From assembly GCA_032718475.1 (NCBI GenBank), contig JAUCBJ010000225.1, positions 1 through 64,000 of the forward strand: a DNA stretch of 64,000 nt. The letters run 5' to 3'. Below, piece by piece: positions 1 to 12,016 of the stretch. The stretch comes from Nemertoderma westbladi. Lineage: Eukaryota > Animalia > Xenacoelomorpha. A model generated the notes under the pieces. It had not been told where the DNA came from. It did not search any database and was given only the letters and a program-made list of their open reading frames with translations. How positions within the stretch are numbered: the stretch's first letter is position 1; every line of letters begins with the position of its first letter. The position numbers and the translations under genes were made by a program.

Positions 1-224
1 AAAAGAATTATTTCTTGCCGTCGCATTAAATATAATATATACGTAATTAAGTAATAAACGCGAATATATATTGCACTAATCTACTAAATAATCGCTAAAA
101 TAACATTCTACTGAATAAAATTAAAGAAAACGATTATAATAGAATTACATAGTAATACATACATAAATATAAAAATAATAAAATAATATAAAATAATAGA
201 GTCACACACCCACTCCATATGTTG

Positions 225-3200
225 TTACGTTATGGAGTCCCTAGATGTTTGAAGGATTAGGGAGGTGGTCGTGGGAAGAGAATCTTGCCTTCCACAGTTT
301 CCGGAGAGTCCTCCATTCCCTTCCGATAAACACAAACGACCGACTGGGTGATTGAGTCGCTGCATCCTGAATACAATTCCAGGTTTCCTCTTCGTCCTGG
401 AATAGTGACGATAGAAACATCGCTCAAAGTATATGACGGCGTCACAAAGCCGATTCCAGGAGCTATAGTGGTCCGTCGCTCTCTGCAGGAGAGGTGAGAG
501 TCCCTGAGAGACGTATGATGTTCCAGAGCTCCAATCGCTCTCTCTGATCTTCATGAAGGATCCACTCGCGGAGGGGAGGCCCAGATCCACGGCGTCGTCC
601 CTGGCAACATGTAATACCGACAGATCTATCCCGGGTTCAAATAACTCCGATCCACCCGTCCGGGTTTCAGGTTTGACTTTCTCCGCTCCCTTGGCTGGTC
701 TAATCTCAGTCGGAGTAAGATGGGGAGGCCATTCATTCTCCTTACTCAGGAAGTCGGGTTCACCTAACCGGTCTATAGTATCTGTCAGTTCTTGAGGAGT
801 TGCTCCTCTGGAAGCGATGTCCGTTGGATTAAACTTCTTGGGGCAATATCTCCATTGATCTACATTGGAGCTAAGATTGTCATTATCTGAGGAGTGTGGT
901 GTTCCCTCAGTTGGGTCGTCTCCCTCACTAGTATCATCTTCCCATTCACTCACCTGGCAGACGCGATCTTGAAGCAGTCTTTCCCTGAGCGTTCTACGGG
1001 AAGGTCCAGTAAGGTACCAACCTACTCTAGTTCTTACCGCATAGGTCTGTAGGGGCTGCGGTTGAGCAGGCCGTTTCTCTAATGTCTCCAGCGCCTCATG
1101 CGCGTTTTGGCCGATGAGTATTTGCACTCCAGGGTAATCAGTCTGGAATCGAGGTATGTTAAGATGTTGGATGCTCTCATCCTCGTCCCAATTATAAAGG
1201 TCTGCTTGAGTAGTAGCGAAGTTCTTTATAGCCACCATTTTCACTGACCTTATGCTATGTTCTCCTAGTTCGTCCTGGGGGGTGGACAACTCACCTATAT
1301 AATAGTCAGCTGTTATTGTAGATTTCCAAACTTGCATAATGCCTGACATGTTGAGCTTAGTTTGGAACTTGGGTTGTCCAGCAAATATATCTTCGGCTAG
1401 CTCTTTATCGATGAATGTTCCTGTGCTGCCGGAGTCCAGGAGGGCGTTCACTACATAACTCCGTTTAGGTCCGTGCACCCTTACCTGCACCACAGGAAAC
1501 TCTCGGATTCCTATATTGGAAGTTGGCGCTTTCCAAGATGGTTGTTGATCGGAAGTAGTTAAGGTAAGGTCGCTGTCTGTGTCTTTCTCATGTACGAGTG
1601 CTCGATACACTGCGGTGGTGTTTATTAGGTAACAGGATTCGTTTTGGTCGGAGAACTCGTCCGTATAGAATCCTTCCATCTCAGATTGATCAGTGTCGTT
1701 CACATCACTGAATTGGACATGTAGTTCGGACTCACTTACCTGACTCGGGCTGTTTCGTTCGAATTCCGTGTGCAACAAGATATGATGTTTTGCGCCGCAC
1801 TTTGCACACCTTGCGTCGGAGTTACAGGTTCGCCGTTGGTGTCCTCGTCTGAGGCAATTATAACACAACCGCTTATCCCACATGACTTCACGTCTATCGT
1901 TTAGTGATCTCCTCAGGAATTTATCACACGCATTTAAACGGTGGGGCCCGTCGCACAGCACACATTTGGGCTTGATGTTACTTACTTTAACATGTGCTGT
2001 GTGGTGCACACTTGTTCTTTCCTCGGGCTTTCTCACCTGAATTCTTTTAGGAGACGTGGGAGGAGTTTTTCTTACCTGTTCCCTCCTGTCATTTGTTCGA
2101 GACTTAAATTTAGTTACCTGATCTTTAGGCATTTTGTTCACGTAATAAGATCTATCCGTGTCTTTCCCGCTATCTTCTCCTTGAGAAGTCTGGCTTTCGC
2201 CGTCATCGGTATAACATACTGGTGTTACCTTTCTCCTAGAGACGGGTTTTTCACTTACCTTGTTTTCCGGTGTCTTCTCTCGGGACTGCTTGAGGAGTTG
2301 CAATTTCACTTCTCCATCCAAGAATGACATGAGATCAGCCATGGTAGGGTCTCGTCGTTGTTGTTCCATCATATAAAGTACTTTCTTATCCCAGCGTGTG
2401 CCTACCCCACCTTTCGGTAAAGTAGAAGCCACAGCTCCAATGACCATAGAACTTTGGTATTCATGAGACTTACCTAACCAATCTAATTGTCTACAGATCT
2501 CTTGAATCTCATCGGAAAACTCTATTATCCCACTGCTGATGAACTTTCTGGGCGCTACTAATTTTGCATATAAATACTTAGCGATATTATTCCTATTACC
2601 ATACCTGATGTTTAGTATATCCCAAACTTGTCTTAATCCGTCTGGATGGCCAATAAACTTTAACGCCATTAACTTGGGAGATCCTTCCAAGCACTCGATG
2701 AGGTATCTAAGTTTTTCTCCATTAGATAGTACAGAGTTCTGTATGTTATCTTTGTAATATTCATTAAAAGGTAACCATTTCATCTCATCTCCATTGAACT
2801 TGACGATCTCTCCAACCTTTACCGCTTGCCGGGCTTCGGTTCTAGCCATTTGACGCGTAAAACTTTCTTGGGCCATTGTGCTATTTAATATCGAGTTATC
2901 GGTATATAAATTTCTCTGATTATGATCAGTTCTATAGGGAATATCATTATCAACAGGTCTATAATTACCCTTAATAGGGTTCACTATAGGAGTTTCTACT
3001 TCGCTAGCAGTATAGATGCGTGTAGGCTCCACACCTTGCGCATGAGATACTTCAGACCTAACGGGTTGACACATTGTTACAGAGGGTGGTGGTATACCCT
3101 TTTGGGTGTTTACTAATTTATCGCGTTCAAGCGCGATACTTTGCTGCACTTCTTGCAACTCTAGCCTACTTTCCCTCACTGTTCCCTTTAAATGTTGGAC

Positions 3201-5288
3201 AGTCCCTTCCAACTCTCGGACCTGTTGGGAGGAGCGTATCTGATTCTCCTTCATCTCTCCAAGGAGAATATCCATCCCCCGCCGTCTCTCGTCTACCCAA
3301 TCAACCGCCGAAACGGGATCCGCCAACGTCGTAGCGGGCAGACAAGGGACAACGGGCGACAAATTCGGAATATTTCGCTCGGGGTCCAGGACCTGAACTG
3401 TCTCTCGGGCAGTTCTACGGGGCACAGGTAGCTTAGTGCTATGTAGAGGGAACTTATAGGTAGTCTCAGGGAGCACAGGTATGTCTATCACCGAAGGGGT
3501 GATTTCAAGAACAGGCCTAATTATTTCAGGCTCATCTACTATAGTAGGGAGTCTTTCTATTTTAATTATTGGGTCTGTGGGCTCTGTACTACCCAAGTTG
3601 GTGCTATTTAGTTGCCTTCTAACAGCTGGAGGCAAATCAGGCAATTTCTGCCGGTGGAATGTTCTTTTACGTCTACTTGGACGAGATCTATTTCCTTTGC
3701 CTTCAGTATCGGTGGTATCACCTTCCTCAGATGATGTATATCCCTGTCGTTTGGGAGTAGATCGATTCATCATCTGCATATTACTAGCTGTTAACTGTTT
3801 ATTTATGCAGTCTTGATTCTCCTGAATGTTTTCCAATTCTAATTGGGTGGTTTCTTCGGAAGCTCTCCGTTCTGCTTCTGCTACTGCCTCGACCGCTGCG
3901 ACAGCCGCCTTTCTTTCTGCTTCGGCCGCTGCTGCTGCCACTTTTCTTTCGGCTTCTGCCTCTGCCTCTGCCGCTGCCACTTTTCTTTTGGCTTCTGCCT
4001 CTGCCTCTGCCGCTGCCACTTTTCTTTTGGCTTCTGCCTCTGCCTCTGCCGCTGCCACTGCCGCTTTTCTTTCTGCTTCTGCCGCTGCCACTGCTGCTGC
4101 CACTGCCGCTGTCTTTCTGTCTTCTATACGTTTTTTCTTGATTTGTTCTTCTTGGTCTCTAGCGATGCGGAGTTGTTCATCGAATTTAGCTTGGTTCGCC
4201 GCTAACCTATCCACATCAATTGCATCCAACACACGCTGGGCTCCTTCACTATTAGGGCTAAGTCCCTCTAGCCTTCTCCTCAACTCTTTATCTCCCACAA
4301 AACGCTGATAGTCTGACAGATAGATATCAATGGCATCCTTCTTATGCGGTTTCTCTGCCGTCGCTTCACTTTCCACTTGGGAAAAAGTAGCGTCTGTTGA
4401 TTCTCCATGGGTTGAGCGCTCTTCCAACTGAGCTTTCCACTGAGCTGCTCCTTGAACCTGGCGACTCACCCTTTGAAACCAAGTCTTTACGGCAACTTGC
4501 AACGACGTGTCTTGCTTTCGTTTAGAAGCCTCTTCAAAGGCGGATAAGATTAGCCTAATCCGCAGAACTCTTTCTCTAACTTGATAAAGCAGCGATCCCT
4601 GCTCTTGAGGTCCTTGAGGTTGTTGAAAAAGTTGCTTTTCTATTCGCTCCATAGAGCTGAAGAATCCCTGTGCGTATCCGGCTGCGGACCTCTTCCACAC
4701 AGCTGGATCGATGGTTTCCTTGGCTACTCCCATCCGGTGTATGTCTTCCCAGGCAGCTTCTGATAAATCAAACGGGAGTCCGGGTCCGGGGAAGTTCCAT
4801 TGCGACTCGACAATAGACTTCAGTTCTTCACTAGTGTAGCCCGCGTAGCTATCTCTAGTTGTCCGTTGACTCCTCGCCCAATCGATCTGGTGTTCTTCCA
4901 CCGCGATCAATAACCCGGCGAGCACGGCTGCAGGAAGGATGAGAAGGGGATCCGTATAAACCGCATCCGTCATCTCTGCTCCGCTCTCGGGTGTCAGCTC
5001 TACAGTATCATCACTACTGGAGCTGCTGGGCCGCTGAGGAATAAGTTCTTGACTAGCGGGTTGTTGCTGTTCTGCTGCCTTTTGGTCCCGCTTGACCTGA
5101 GCTCGAGTGCCTATGATAGACCTACGATGTTGGACCAGCCTAGGTTCTGTTATTACTACTGGAGGGATGACCTTCCTCACAGTGGGAGGTGAACTGGATT
5201 TACGACCAAACGTTTGTACGTCTCTATCTGAGTCGCAGATAGTTACATCTAATAAACTGTCTGACAGGTTCTGCTTAGTATCAGACAT
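225..5288 (-). CDS. Gag-protease polyprotein, 1687 aa; RT/RNase H and integrase deleted in frame
   Basis: Three BEL-type Cys/His knuckles (CVLCDGPH..C, CYNCLRRGH..C, CAKCGAKHH) and aspartic protease LLDSGS; the protein then jumps to the RNase H tail (DQWRYC..NPTDIASRG) and the pol C-terminus; no YMDD or DDE core. Confidence 0.92.
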   Translation of the reverse strand: MSDTKQNLSDSLLDVTICDSDRDVQTFGRKSSSPPTVRKVIPPVVITEPRLVQHRRSIIGTRAQVKRDQKAAEQQQPASQELIPQRPSSSSSDDTVELTPESGAEMTDAVYTDPLLILPAAVLAGLLIAVEEHQIDWARSQRTTRDSYAGYTSEELKSIVESQWNFPGPGLPFDLSEAAWEDIHRMGVAKETIDPAVWKRSAAGYAQGFFSSMERIEKQLFQQPQGPQEQGSLLYQVRERVLRIRLILSAFEEASKRKQDTSLQVAVKTWFQRVSRQVQGAAQWKAQLEERSTHGESTDATFSQVESEATAEKPHKKDAIDIYLSDYQRFVGDKELRRRLEGLSPNSEGAQRVLDAIDVDRLAANQAKFDEQLRIARDQEEQIKKKRIEDRKTAAVAAAVAAAEAERKAAVAAAEAEAEAKRKVAAAEAEAEAKRKVAAAEAEAEAERKVAAAAAEAERKAAVAAVEAVAEAERRASEETTQLELENIQENQDCINKQLTASNMQMMNRSTPKRQGYTSSEEGDTTDTEGKGNRSRPSRRKRTFHRQKLPDLPPAVRRQLNSTNLGSTEPTDPIIKIERLPTIVDEPEIIRPVLEITPSVIDIPVLPETTYKFPLHSTKLPVPRRTARETVQVLDPERNIPNLSPVVPCLPATTLADPVSAVDWVDERRRGMDILLGEMKENQIRSSQQVRELEGTVQHLKGTVRESRLELQEVQQSIALERDKLVNTQKGIPPPSVTMCQPVRSEVSHAQGVEPTRIYTASEVETPIVNPIKGNYRPVDNDIPYRTDHNQRNLYTDNSILNSTMAQESFTRQMARTEARQAVKVGEIVKFNGDEMKWLPFNEYYKDNIQNSVLSNGEKLRYLIECLEGSPKLMALKFIGHPDGLRQVWDILNIRYGNRNNIAKYLYAKLVAPRKFISSGIIEFSDEIQEICRQLDWLGKSHEYQSSMVIGAVASTLPKGGVGTRWDKKVLYMMEQQRRDPTMADLMSFLDGEVKLQLLKQSREKTPENKVSEKPVSRRKVTPVCYTDDGESQTSQGEDSGKDTDRSYYVNKMPKDQVTKFKSRTNDRREQVRKTPPTSPKRIQVRKPEERTSVHHTAHVKVSNIKPKCVLCDGPHRLNACDKFLRRSLNDRREVMWDKRLCYNCLRRGHQRRTCNSDARCAKCGAKHHILLHTEFERNSPSQVSESELHVQFSDVNDTDQSEMEGFYTDEFSDQNESCYLINTTAVYRALVHEKDTDSDLTLTTSDQQPSWKAPTSNIGIREFPVVQVRVHGPKRSYVVNALLDSGSTGTFIDKELAEDIFAGQPKFQTKLNMSGIMQVWKSTITADYYIGELSTPQDELGEHSIRSVKMVAIKNFATTQADLYNWDEDESIQHLNIPRFQTDYPGVQILIGQNAHEALETLEKRPAQPQPLQTYAVRTRVGWYLTGPSRRTLRERLLQDRVCQVSEWEDDTSEGDDPTEGTPHSSDNDNLSSNVDQWRYCPKKFNPTDIASRGATPQELTDTIDRLGEPDFLSKENEWPPHLTPTEIRPAKGAEKVKPETRTGGSELFEPGIDLSVLHVARDDAVDLGLPSASGSFMKIRESDWSSGTSYVSQGLSPLLQRATDHYSSWNRLCDAVIYFERCFYRHYSRTKRKPGIVFRMQRLNHPVGRLCLSEGNGGLSGNCGRQDSLPTTTSLILQTSRDSIT

Positions 5289-7433
5289 GACTATGTATAC
5301 CGTTGAATGTCTACTGCTGTATTACAGTCTGAGTAAGTCTAATAACTCAGTATTAACTGCTAGCCTAGTAATTAATTACCGGTACTGCTACTCAGTGTAG
5401 CGTGATATATAATATATAAGAATACCGGTATGCTTATAGTATATATAACTATTATTACAGACTAGGTTTATCACAGAATACCGGTATAATTTTAGCACAA
5501 ATATATATAAATATATAATAGGCCTATCGGAATACCGGTATACAGCTTACAGTTTGTAGGATATATAATTCTGAAATAGAATTAATTACAAGTACCGGTA
5601 TAATTTCAGCCTAGATTTATAGAAATAAAGATAATAGGCCTATCGTAAATACCGGTATATCAATTATTTCAAATAATTGAATTTCTGTTACTTTAGGGTT
5701 ACTTTGTTACTTTACTTACTTTATTACCGTTATTTGAGCAGTAATCCAACTGATATTGAGACCTAATGGTTGTAAGGTAGGCCTACGATTTATAAATCGT
5801 TAGATTTGATTTATAATATATATATACCCGTTTTAATGGGTTTTGTCAATGTTTGAAATAAATGTTATTATTTCTGGGGAGTAATCACTACACAAAGCGG
5901 TGCGCTTTCAGTGAAGTGTTACGTACAGGACACTAAAACAAATAATACTAATTTACCTAAGTTACTTAATACTACAAATTACGTACAATTCGGGTGAGAT
6001 TACAATCTCTAAATAAACACAAAATTTTACAAAAACACAAATACGAATTTTTTAGGGTAATTTTACAAGAAGTCTACAAACCAGCCTAACAAAGGGTTAG
6101 AAAACTGGTTATTACACGGACAAGGTACTACGGTATTTGAAATAATAAGTAGTAGTAAATACACTGCGTTGTCTAGATAGGAAAATACCACCGCCTGACG
6201 ACCTATAGCCGTATCGCTATAGGTTCTACGTTATGTATCACGGAGTGTTCCTACCTAGAAGTTAATAGAGCTAATCGAATGTGCCTATCAACCACTTTAC
6301 AACACAGATATAATGTCTACACTAATTACTTCCGGAAAGCACTGTACACTAAACCCTAAATTAGGTACGAGTACTTGTACGACAGATAATCAGTAATTAA
6401 ATATACTTGAACAGCTAAAAGAACCACGGCATCTGCTGGAGTGACCGATGCACAAAATCACCAGTCTTTACCTACGCCGAGCAGCCCGTGTAGTACCGGG
6501 GTTAATTTAACTATAGCGGTATGTATAACAAACACAATTACTGTAGGAACAAACTTGGGGACTTGAATGTTGCGAATAATCGCATAAACTCTGAATAATA
6601 AATATTACGCTACGCGTACAAACTACTCAAACAAAATACAGACCGAACACTGACAGACTACTATCAAGCCTAAACAAACCACGGTATATGCAGACTCCGA
6701 AATGATTAGGGAGTATGCGCTCTAACCCAGTAGTGCGACTTATTCTTTAGTCGGGGGTTTACCTTACAGCTTTGCTGCCCCTACTGCCTAATCGTACTTA
6801 ATCGGACAGATGATCTACACACGCGGCAATCCGTTCAGACTTAATAACAGCCAGACAACTATCCAGCCTACAAATTATCTAAATAAAATTATACGCTACC
6901 CGTACAGACTTACACAAACAAAGTACAGACTAAACGATGGCAGACTACTCTCAAGCCTAAATAAACTACAGGACATGCAGACTCCGAAATGATTAGGGAG
7001 TATGCGCTCTAACCCAGTAGTGCGACTTATTCTTTAGTTGGGGGTTTACCTTACAGCGTGGCTGCCCCTACTTCCTAACCGTACTTAATCGGACAAGTGC
7101 TCTACACACACTGCAATTCGTTCGGACTTAACAGCAATCAGACAACAGCTCAGCCTACAAATTGTCTGTACAATCTGATCAGGTTTACACGCCTTCTGTT
7201 CAATACTGGCCTACAAACAAATAAAACTGACAGAAATAGGCCTAAGTAAAATCCCAATAAAAACCAGGCGTCCCCGATTAATTATTAAGACCTACCGGCA
7301 TATATAATCAAATCGAATAATACTGCTGTACTTATACGGAAGTAGGTACCGGTCCGGATGATCAGGCAGTCAGGCCTACTGGTTACCGGTCGACCGATAC
7401 TTTCGACTTTATTGCTTACTGCAATAAAGAAGC

Positions 7434-7445
7434 TATATCCTTTAA
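7434..7445 (-). promoter_or_regulatory. Non-tRNA primer-binding site of A (TTAAAGGATATA), complementary to its own LTR at 8227-8238
   Basis: Abuts the LTR end; plus-strand TATATCCTTTAA (7434-7445) is the perfect inverted copy of TTAAAGGATATA (8227-8238). Confidence 0.75.
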
Positions 7446-8705
7446 TGTTCGCGCTTTCAGACCTTTGGCAGTTTAACCCACCAAATTAAGATGTCTTCTA
7501 AATATTAAATCTGCTTTTAGTCTATGACAAGTATTTGATTCACTACACTAGTCGAAACCAATCCGTGCGCGACCATTCACCCGCTGGATATTCCCGGGAG
7601 ATTGGGTTCGACGGTTTAATTTTTATTGCTATGTAAGCCTAATGTATTATTCGACTGACAGTACTATATAATCTCTGACAATATTATTCACCTTCGGTAA
7701 TATTAACAGTTCCTTTAGGACGTGGCGCTTTATCTATATAAACAGAGTTATGACTTAAACTACTCACAACGATATGGCTTAATTATAATTCACATATATG
7801 GCGCATTCTTTAGGAATTGCTTCTTTAACAGACTCACTCATACACAATGCTGCACAATACTGCACACTAATCTGCCAATCTTCACTGAATTTAGTCACAT
7901 ATAAAAGGAACACAGACTGAATCATGTAGGGTCTATCAAATAACATTAGATTCACTTCAAACCACTTTAACATAAGTCACAATCGTTTATTTGTAACCCT
8001 TCTCTCTTACCTTAGGTATATCAAGAATATTGGGTTTAGGGGTTGTTTATCGTTATTCCAAATATAATTATTCATCAACCATATTATGAAGAACTGACGG
8101 TAAATAGCAGTATAAAACAACAATGAAAACTCTGATTGTTATGAGTTTGCAATGTTTCAGCAGTCAGCATGTATGATCAGTCAGCAGTCATCAGGTATGT
8201 TAAATTGCAGTAGTCAGTTTGTTTTGTTAAAGGATATATGCCCTTTATAATTAAACCTACTAGTGTACGACTAAAAAGCAGTACAGCACAAAAAACTTCT
8301 AAGCCGTTCTTTCTTGGGCTCAAGACTGAATGTAAACACTGCACATAGGCATTGCGTCATTTCTCGGAAATTTTCTGTACAAGGAGCCACAAAAACGCTC
8401 TCATTGGCTGACTGAACTGAGAGACGCCGTAGAACAAAGGAAATCAACACGTATGAATGTCAGCTGTTAACCGTAGTCATAGTAACTACTGTTCAAGAGT
8501 AGCTATCACCCCTTTGCGTCACGAATTGCCATAGAATCACAAAATATGCCTTTCACAGTACACATACGGAGGAAATAGGTCTTAGATCCTCTAAAAACAC
8601 CGATACAGCAATAATACGGTCTCTTACACTTATTAAATCAACTACAGAGTATTTTAATGTAAAAGATAATAAAAATAACGGGGCAATTCAGCAAAGGCTT
8701 TTACA
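7446..8705 (-). repeat. 5' LTR of element A (divergent subfamily, ~1260 bp)
   Basis: Minus strand begins TGTAAAAGCC and ends AAAGCGCGAACA, matching the B termini TGTAAAAGCT...AAAGCGCGTACA; patchy internal homology. Confidence 0.85.
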
Positions 8706-10292
8706 AAGATCAAACGGCCCAGTAGAACCAAAGTTATTGAGGTTTTAAAATAGTCACTCGAAAATTTCAAATTCACTTGGTCACATAGTCTAGTGGTTAT
8801 CAATCACGTTAATGAAACCTAAGTTCGCGGGTACGAAATCCAATATTGACCTGACCATTCTTAATTTTTTGTAAAAAAATTTTTTTTTTATATTTTCACT
8901 AAAATCGCTCTAACTTCGGTTCTGGTGGTCCAAATTCAATAAAATTGGTATATTCTTTGCCGTAATTTTTTTTTCTATCTTTTGAGAGGGGGTCATTTTT
9001 GGCCCCAAAAAAAATGAAAAAAAAGGGCCAAAATTACGTGATATTTTTCGACCTTTAAAATTCGTAATTTTAATTATAAATGTTAAGAAAAAAGATAGCG
9101 GATGTAATTTGCTAAATCTTAAATGTACTGTTGGCGCAATACGCTAAATTATCATAGAGTAGCGATTTACTAAAAAAAAAAATTTTTTCGTCCCTTTTTT
9201 TAAATATTTTATTTCACACGATCGTCTGCCGCACCAGTTGTATAACAGCTAATGCGCTGTAACTAACGCTGTTAGATAGATAATTTAACGCACTATAAGT
9301 CTGTGTAAACAAATCTCCCGTAAGTTAATTAGTTTTCGAGCTAGATGATTTCCCGCGAAGCGAGTTTGAAGGGCGAAATTTAATTTTTGGCCCTCATTTT
9401 TTTAATAGCATCCGCGGAGGAAAACCGATAGCATATTTGAATTCCCCGTATCGATATTGACCGTATAAAATGTACCTTAACCAACTAAAGTGAAAAATAA
9501 AAAATTATTCGATAAAAACTATTTTTCATATTCTGGCCCTCTTTGGCCCCTATTGACGACATATTTGTTGTACCCCCACTCGATAGGAACGTAGCCCCAA
9601 TGGTCTTCTACGAGTTTCAAAAAAGAATTAGTGGAATCCTACCCGCGTTGTCAAATTAAACATTTCGGAAATAAAATTTTGAAAAAAGACGGACAAAAAC
9701 GTAGAAATTTACGGCCCCTTTTTCCACCCGAAATTTTAATAAATATCTTACCTCCATTCGATACGAAGGTAGTACCACTCTTCCCCTTTCCAACCGCGTT
9801 ACTTTCGTCCCCGGACGATTAATATTAGCCGAGTTATAGCGGATCCCGCAAAGTCATTTTGTCCGTTTTTTCAACTTTGACGGACAATAGACGGAAAACA
9901 AGCCCGGAGGCGGGGTATTCCAAGATGTGGAAACGTCTAATTTAGACCCCCTCTTTCGATTCTCGGTGTCTCTGGATGCGTCAAATAGAGGTTTTTTAAG
10001 AGTGCTAGTGAAAAAAAGACAAAAAAACCAGACAATTGTCCGTCATGTCCGTCAAAACGATAGATTCGCTAAAAGCTCTGAAGAATCTTATTTTTTTGGC
10101 ATTACGCGTCCCCCCTCGAAAAATCAAGAAAATCGTACCTCTGGAAATAGGTCGAATGGGGGGGGGGGGGGGGGGGACACGGTTTTCGCAGTAACTACGC
10201 GTCCAGTATGTAGACTGCGTCCTTATAGGGGCGGCGAATTCACCTCACTCAACGCCGCCCTTACTGCATGTTTTTAAAAATATTTCTTCCCA
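8706..10292. repeat. Non-coding interspersed repeat G, copy 1 (probable non-autonomous DNA-type element); target of element A
   Basis: Near-identical to 42578-44118; hairpin GGGCGGCG...CGCCGCCC near 10229-10260; no credible ORF. Confidence 0.75.
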
Positions 10293-10739
10293 CCAAGGTG
10301 GACCCAAAATGAAGTTATACTTAAAGAAAGACCACGAGGTAAAGGTAAAAGCATGGAGGGGGGTGGGGGGGGGGGGGGGGTATGCGTCCAATGACACGAG
10401 GGGAGATGAACTGGACTCGTTAATTTTATATTACTCGAAATTTTATGTAATATATTTTCGCTCCCAGTCTATATACCGATAACCCATTAATATTAATATA
10501 TACTACTCAGTCGTTTGTACATAATACGAAGTCTGTAAGTTATAGTCACCGAAACATTTCAGCTCTGAAATTATAATATATGAATCAAGGATGTCTCTCT
10601 TATGATCTACATAGAATAGATATGGTTATTGATACTGTTACATTTGTGATAATGGATTCTAGGTTTCTTTCACTGGTAAATCCCTATAAATGTTGAAGTA
10701 ATAAAATTTAATTACAGAACCATAGTTCGAAGATCAGCT

Positions 10740-12005
10740 TGTAAAAGCTTCTGTGGGATATAACTGGCCCTTTTGCTTCGCAATCCAGTTTCCCCCCTAG
10801 GCGCTGGAATACTCTAAAAGGCTCTATAACTATATATATTCCCCTCGCCCGCAAGGTACCGTTATAGGTGTTTTAACGGACATAAAAGTCATTCTGCTAT
10901 ATACGTGTTTTGGCGGACATGGTAAGGCAAAAAACCTGCAATGCACCAAATACCTGTCACAGCTTAGCCGTGATGATTCAGATTGCGACATCTAGCAGCT
11001 GGTTGCTGGCATGGAAACAGCCATTGGACGCATGGTTCTTTGTTTGGCTTGAGCCAATCAGAGCGATTTTTTCTGTCGACGTGTAGATATTCAGCCGATG
11101 ATACTAGGAGTGTTCAGTCTTACTGTTTTTTGTGATACCGTTTTGTTGTTGCTATCTAGGCCAGGAACACCGGCTCTAGAGTCAATTCGTTTTCATACTT
11201 TAGAAGAAACATTAGTAGGCTTAAGATTATAGAGCGTATAACTGTTATCAGTTCTTAACATATCATATCACATATCGGTCTTGTCACATCTTGTCATATC
11301 ATATCTTAACCTACCGTCTTAATGCTGTTTACTGTTGTGTTTTGGTTGAATATTATTTGGAGAACATATATAAAGAACCCAAATTTCCCAATTTTCTTGA
11401 TACACTACAGGTTAGAGAGACGGGTTATATATAGCGATTGCGACTTATATTATTGTGGTATGTAGTGAATTTAATGCTATTTGATAAGCCCTACATGAGT
11501 CCATTGCTGTTCGCTTTATATATGATAAAATTCATTGACGGTCGGCAAATTAGTGAGCAGTATTGTGTGTTACCGGTAGTGTGCATGATTGTGACTGATA
11601 ACTAAGCATTTCCTAAAGAATGCGCCTCATACGTGAATCATAAGCCTTACCGACTTACCGTTGTGATTAGTATAAGTCATATCTCTGTTTACCTAGATAG
11701 AGCGCCACGTCCTGAAGGAACTGTTAATATTTCCCGAAAGTGAATAATATTAGTCAGAAATTAATTATTAACTATCAATCGAATAATACAATACAGTAAG
11801 CTTACACTGCAATAATAATCTAAGCCCTCAGAATCCAGTCTCCTGGGTATATCCAGCGGGTGAATGGACGCGCACTAGGCTGGCTTCTGCTAATGTTGTG
11901 TTTATTGGTATTAAATATTTGTCATCTTCTAAAGTCTATTTATAAACCAAAAGACATATAAATTTTGGCAGGTTAAACTGCTAAAGGTCTTCAAAAGCGC
12001 GTATA
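10740..12005 (+). repeat. 5' LTR of element B
   Basis: Direct repeat of 40387-41652; terminal CA mutated to TA. Confidence 0.96.
11054..11121 (+). promoter_or_regulatory. Putative LTR promoter: CCAAT box and initiator TCAGT
   Basis: CCAAT at 11054 and TTCAGTCTT at 11113-11121; both are kept in the divergent A LTR (minus strand, 8403-8407 and 8322-8330). Confidence 0.5.
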
Positions 12006-12016
12006 ATAACAGTTAT
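12006..12016 (+). promoter_or_regulatory. Non-tRNA primer-binding site of B (ATAACAGTTAT), complementary to LTR 11238-11248
   Basis: Abuts the LTR end; lacks TGG; reverse complement ATAACTGTTAT lies at 11238-11248. Confidence 0.75.

Larger units (their letters stand above)
1..8705 (-). mobile_element. BEL/Pao LTR retrotransposon, element A (non-autonomous Gag-PR derivative; 3' part outside window)
   Basis: 5' LTR 7446-8705; ~2.1-kb leader homologous to that of B and C; Gag-PR ORF 225-5288; 1-224 matches the post-pol spacer of B and C. Confidence 0.93.

Noticed and set aside
3481-4308. Antisense ORFs over gag (also 15225-15707, 31094-31483) and over LINE ORF1 (45991-46842)
   Set aside because: Shadow frames of low-complexity or GC-rich coding sequence.
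8621-8628. Alternative start of LTR A at 8628 (TGTAAGAG)
   Set aside because: 8705 matches the family terminus TGTAAAAGC, gives the expected ~1260-bp length and abuts repeat G.
9631-10277. Short ORFs in repeat G (also 43466-44092)
   Set aside because: No recognisable domain; they recur only because the DNA repeat recurs and their ends differ between copies.
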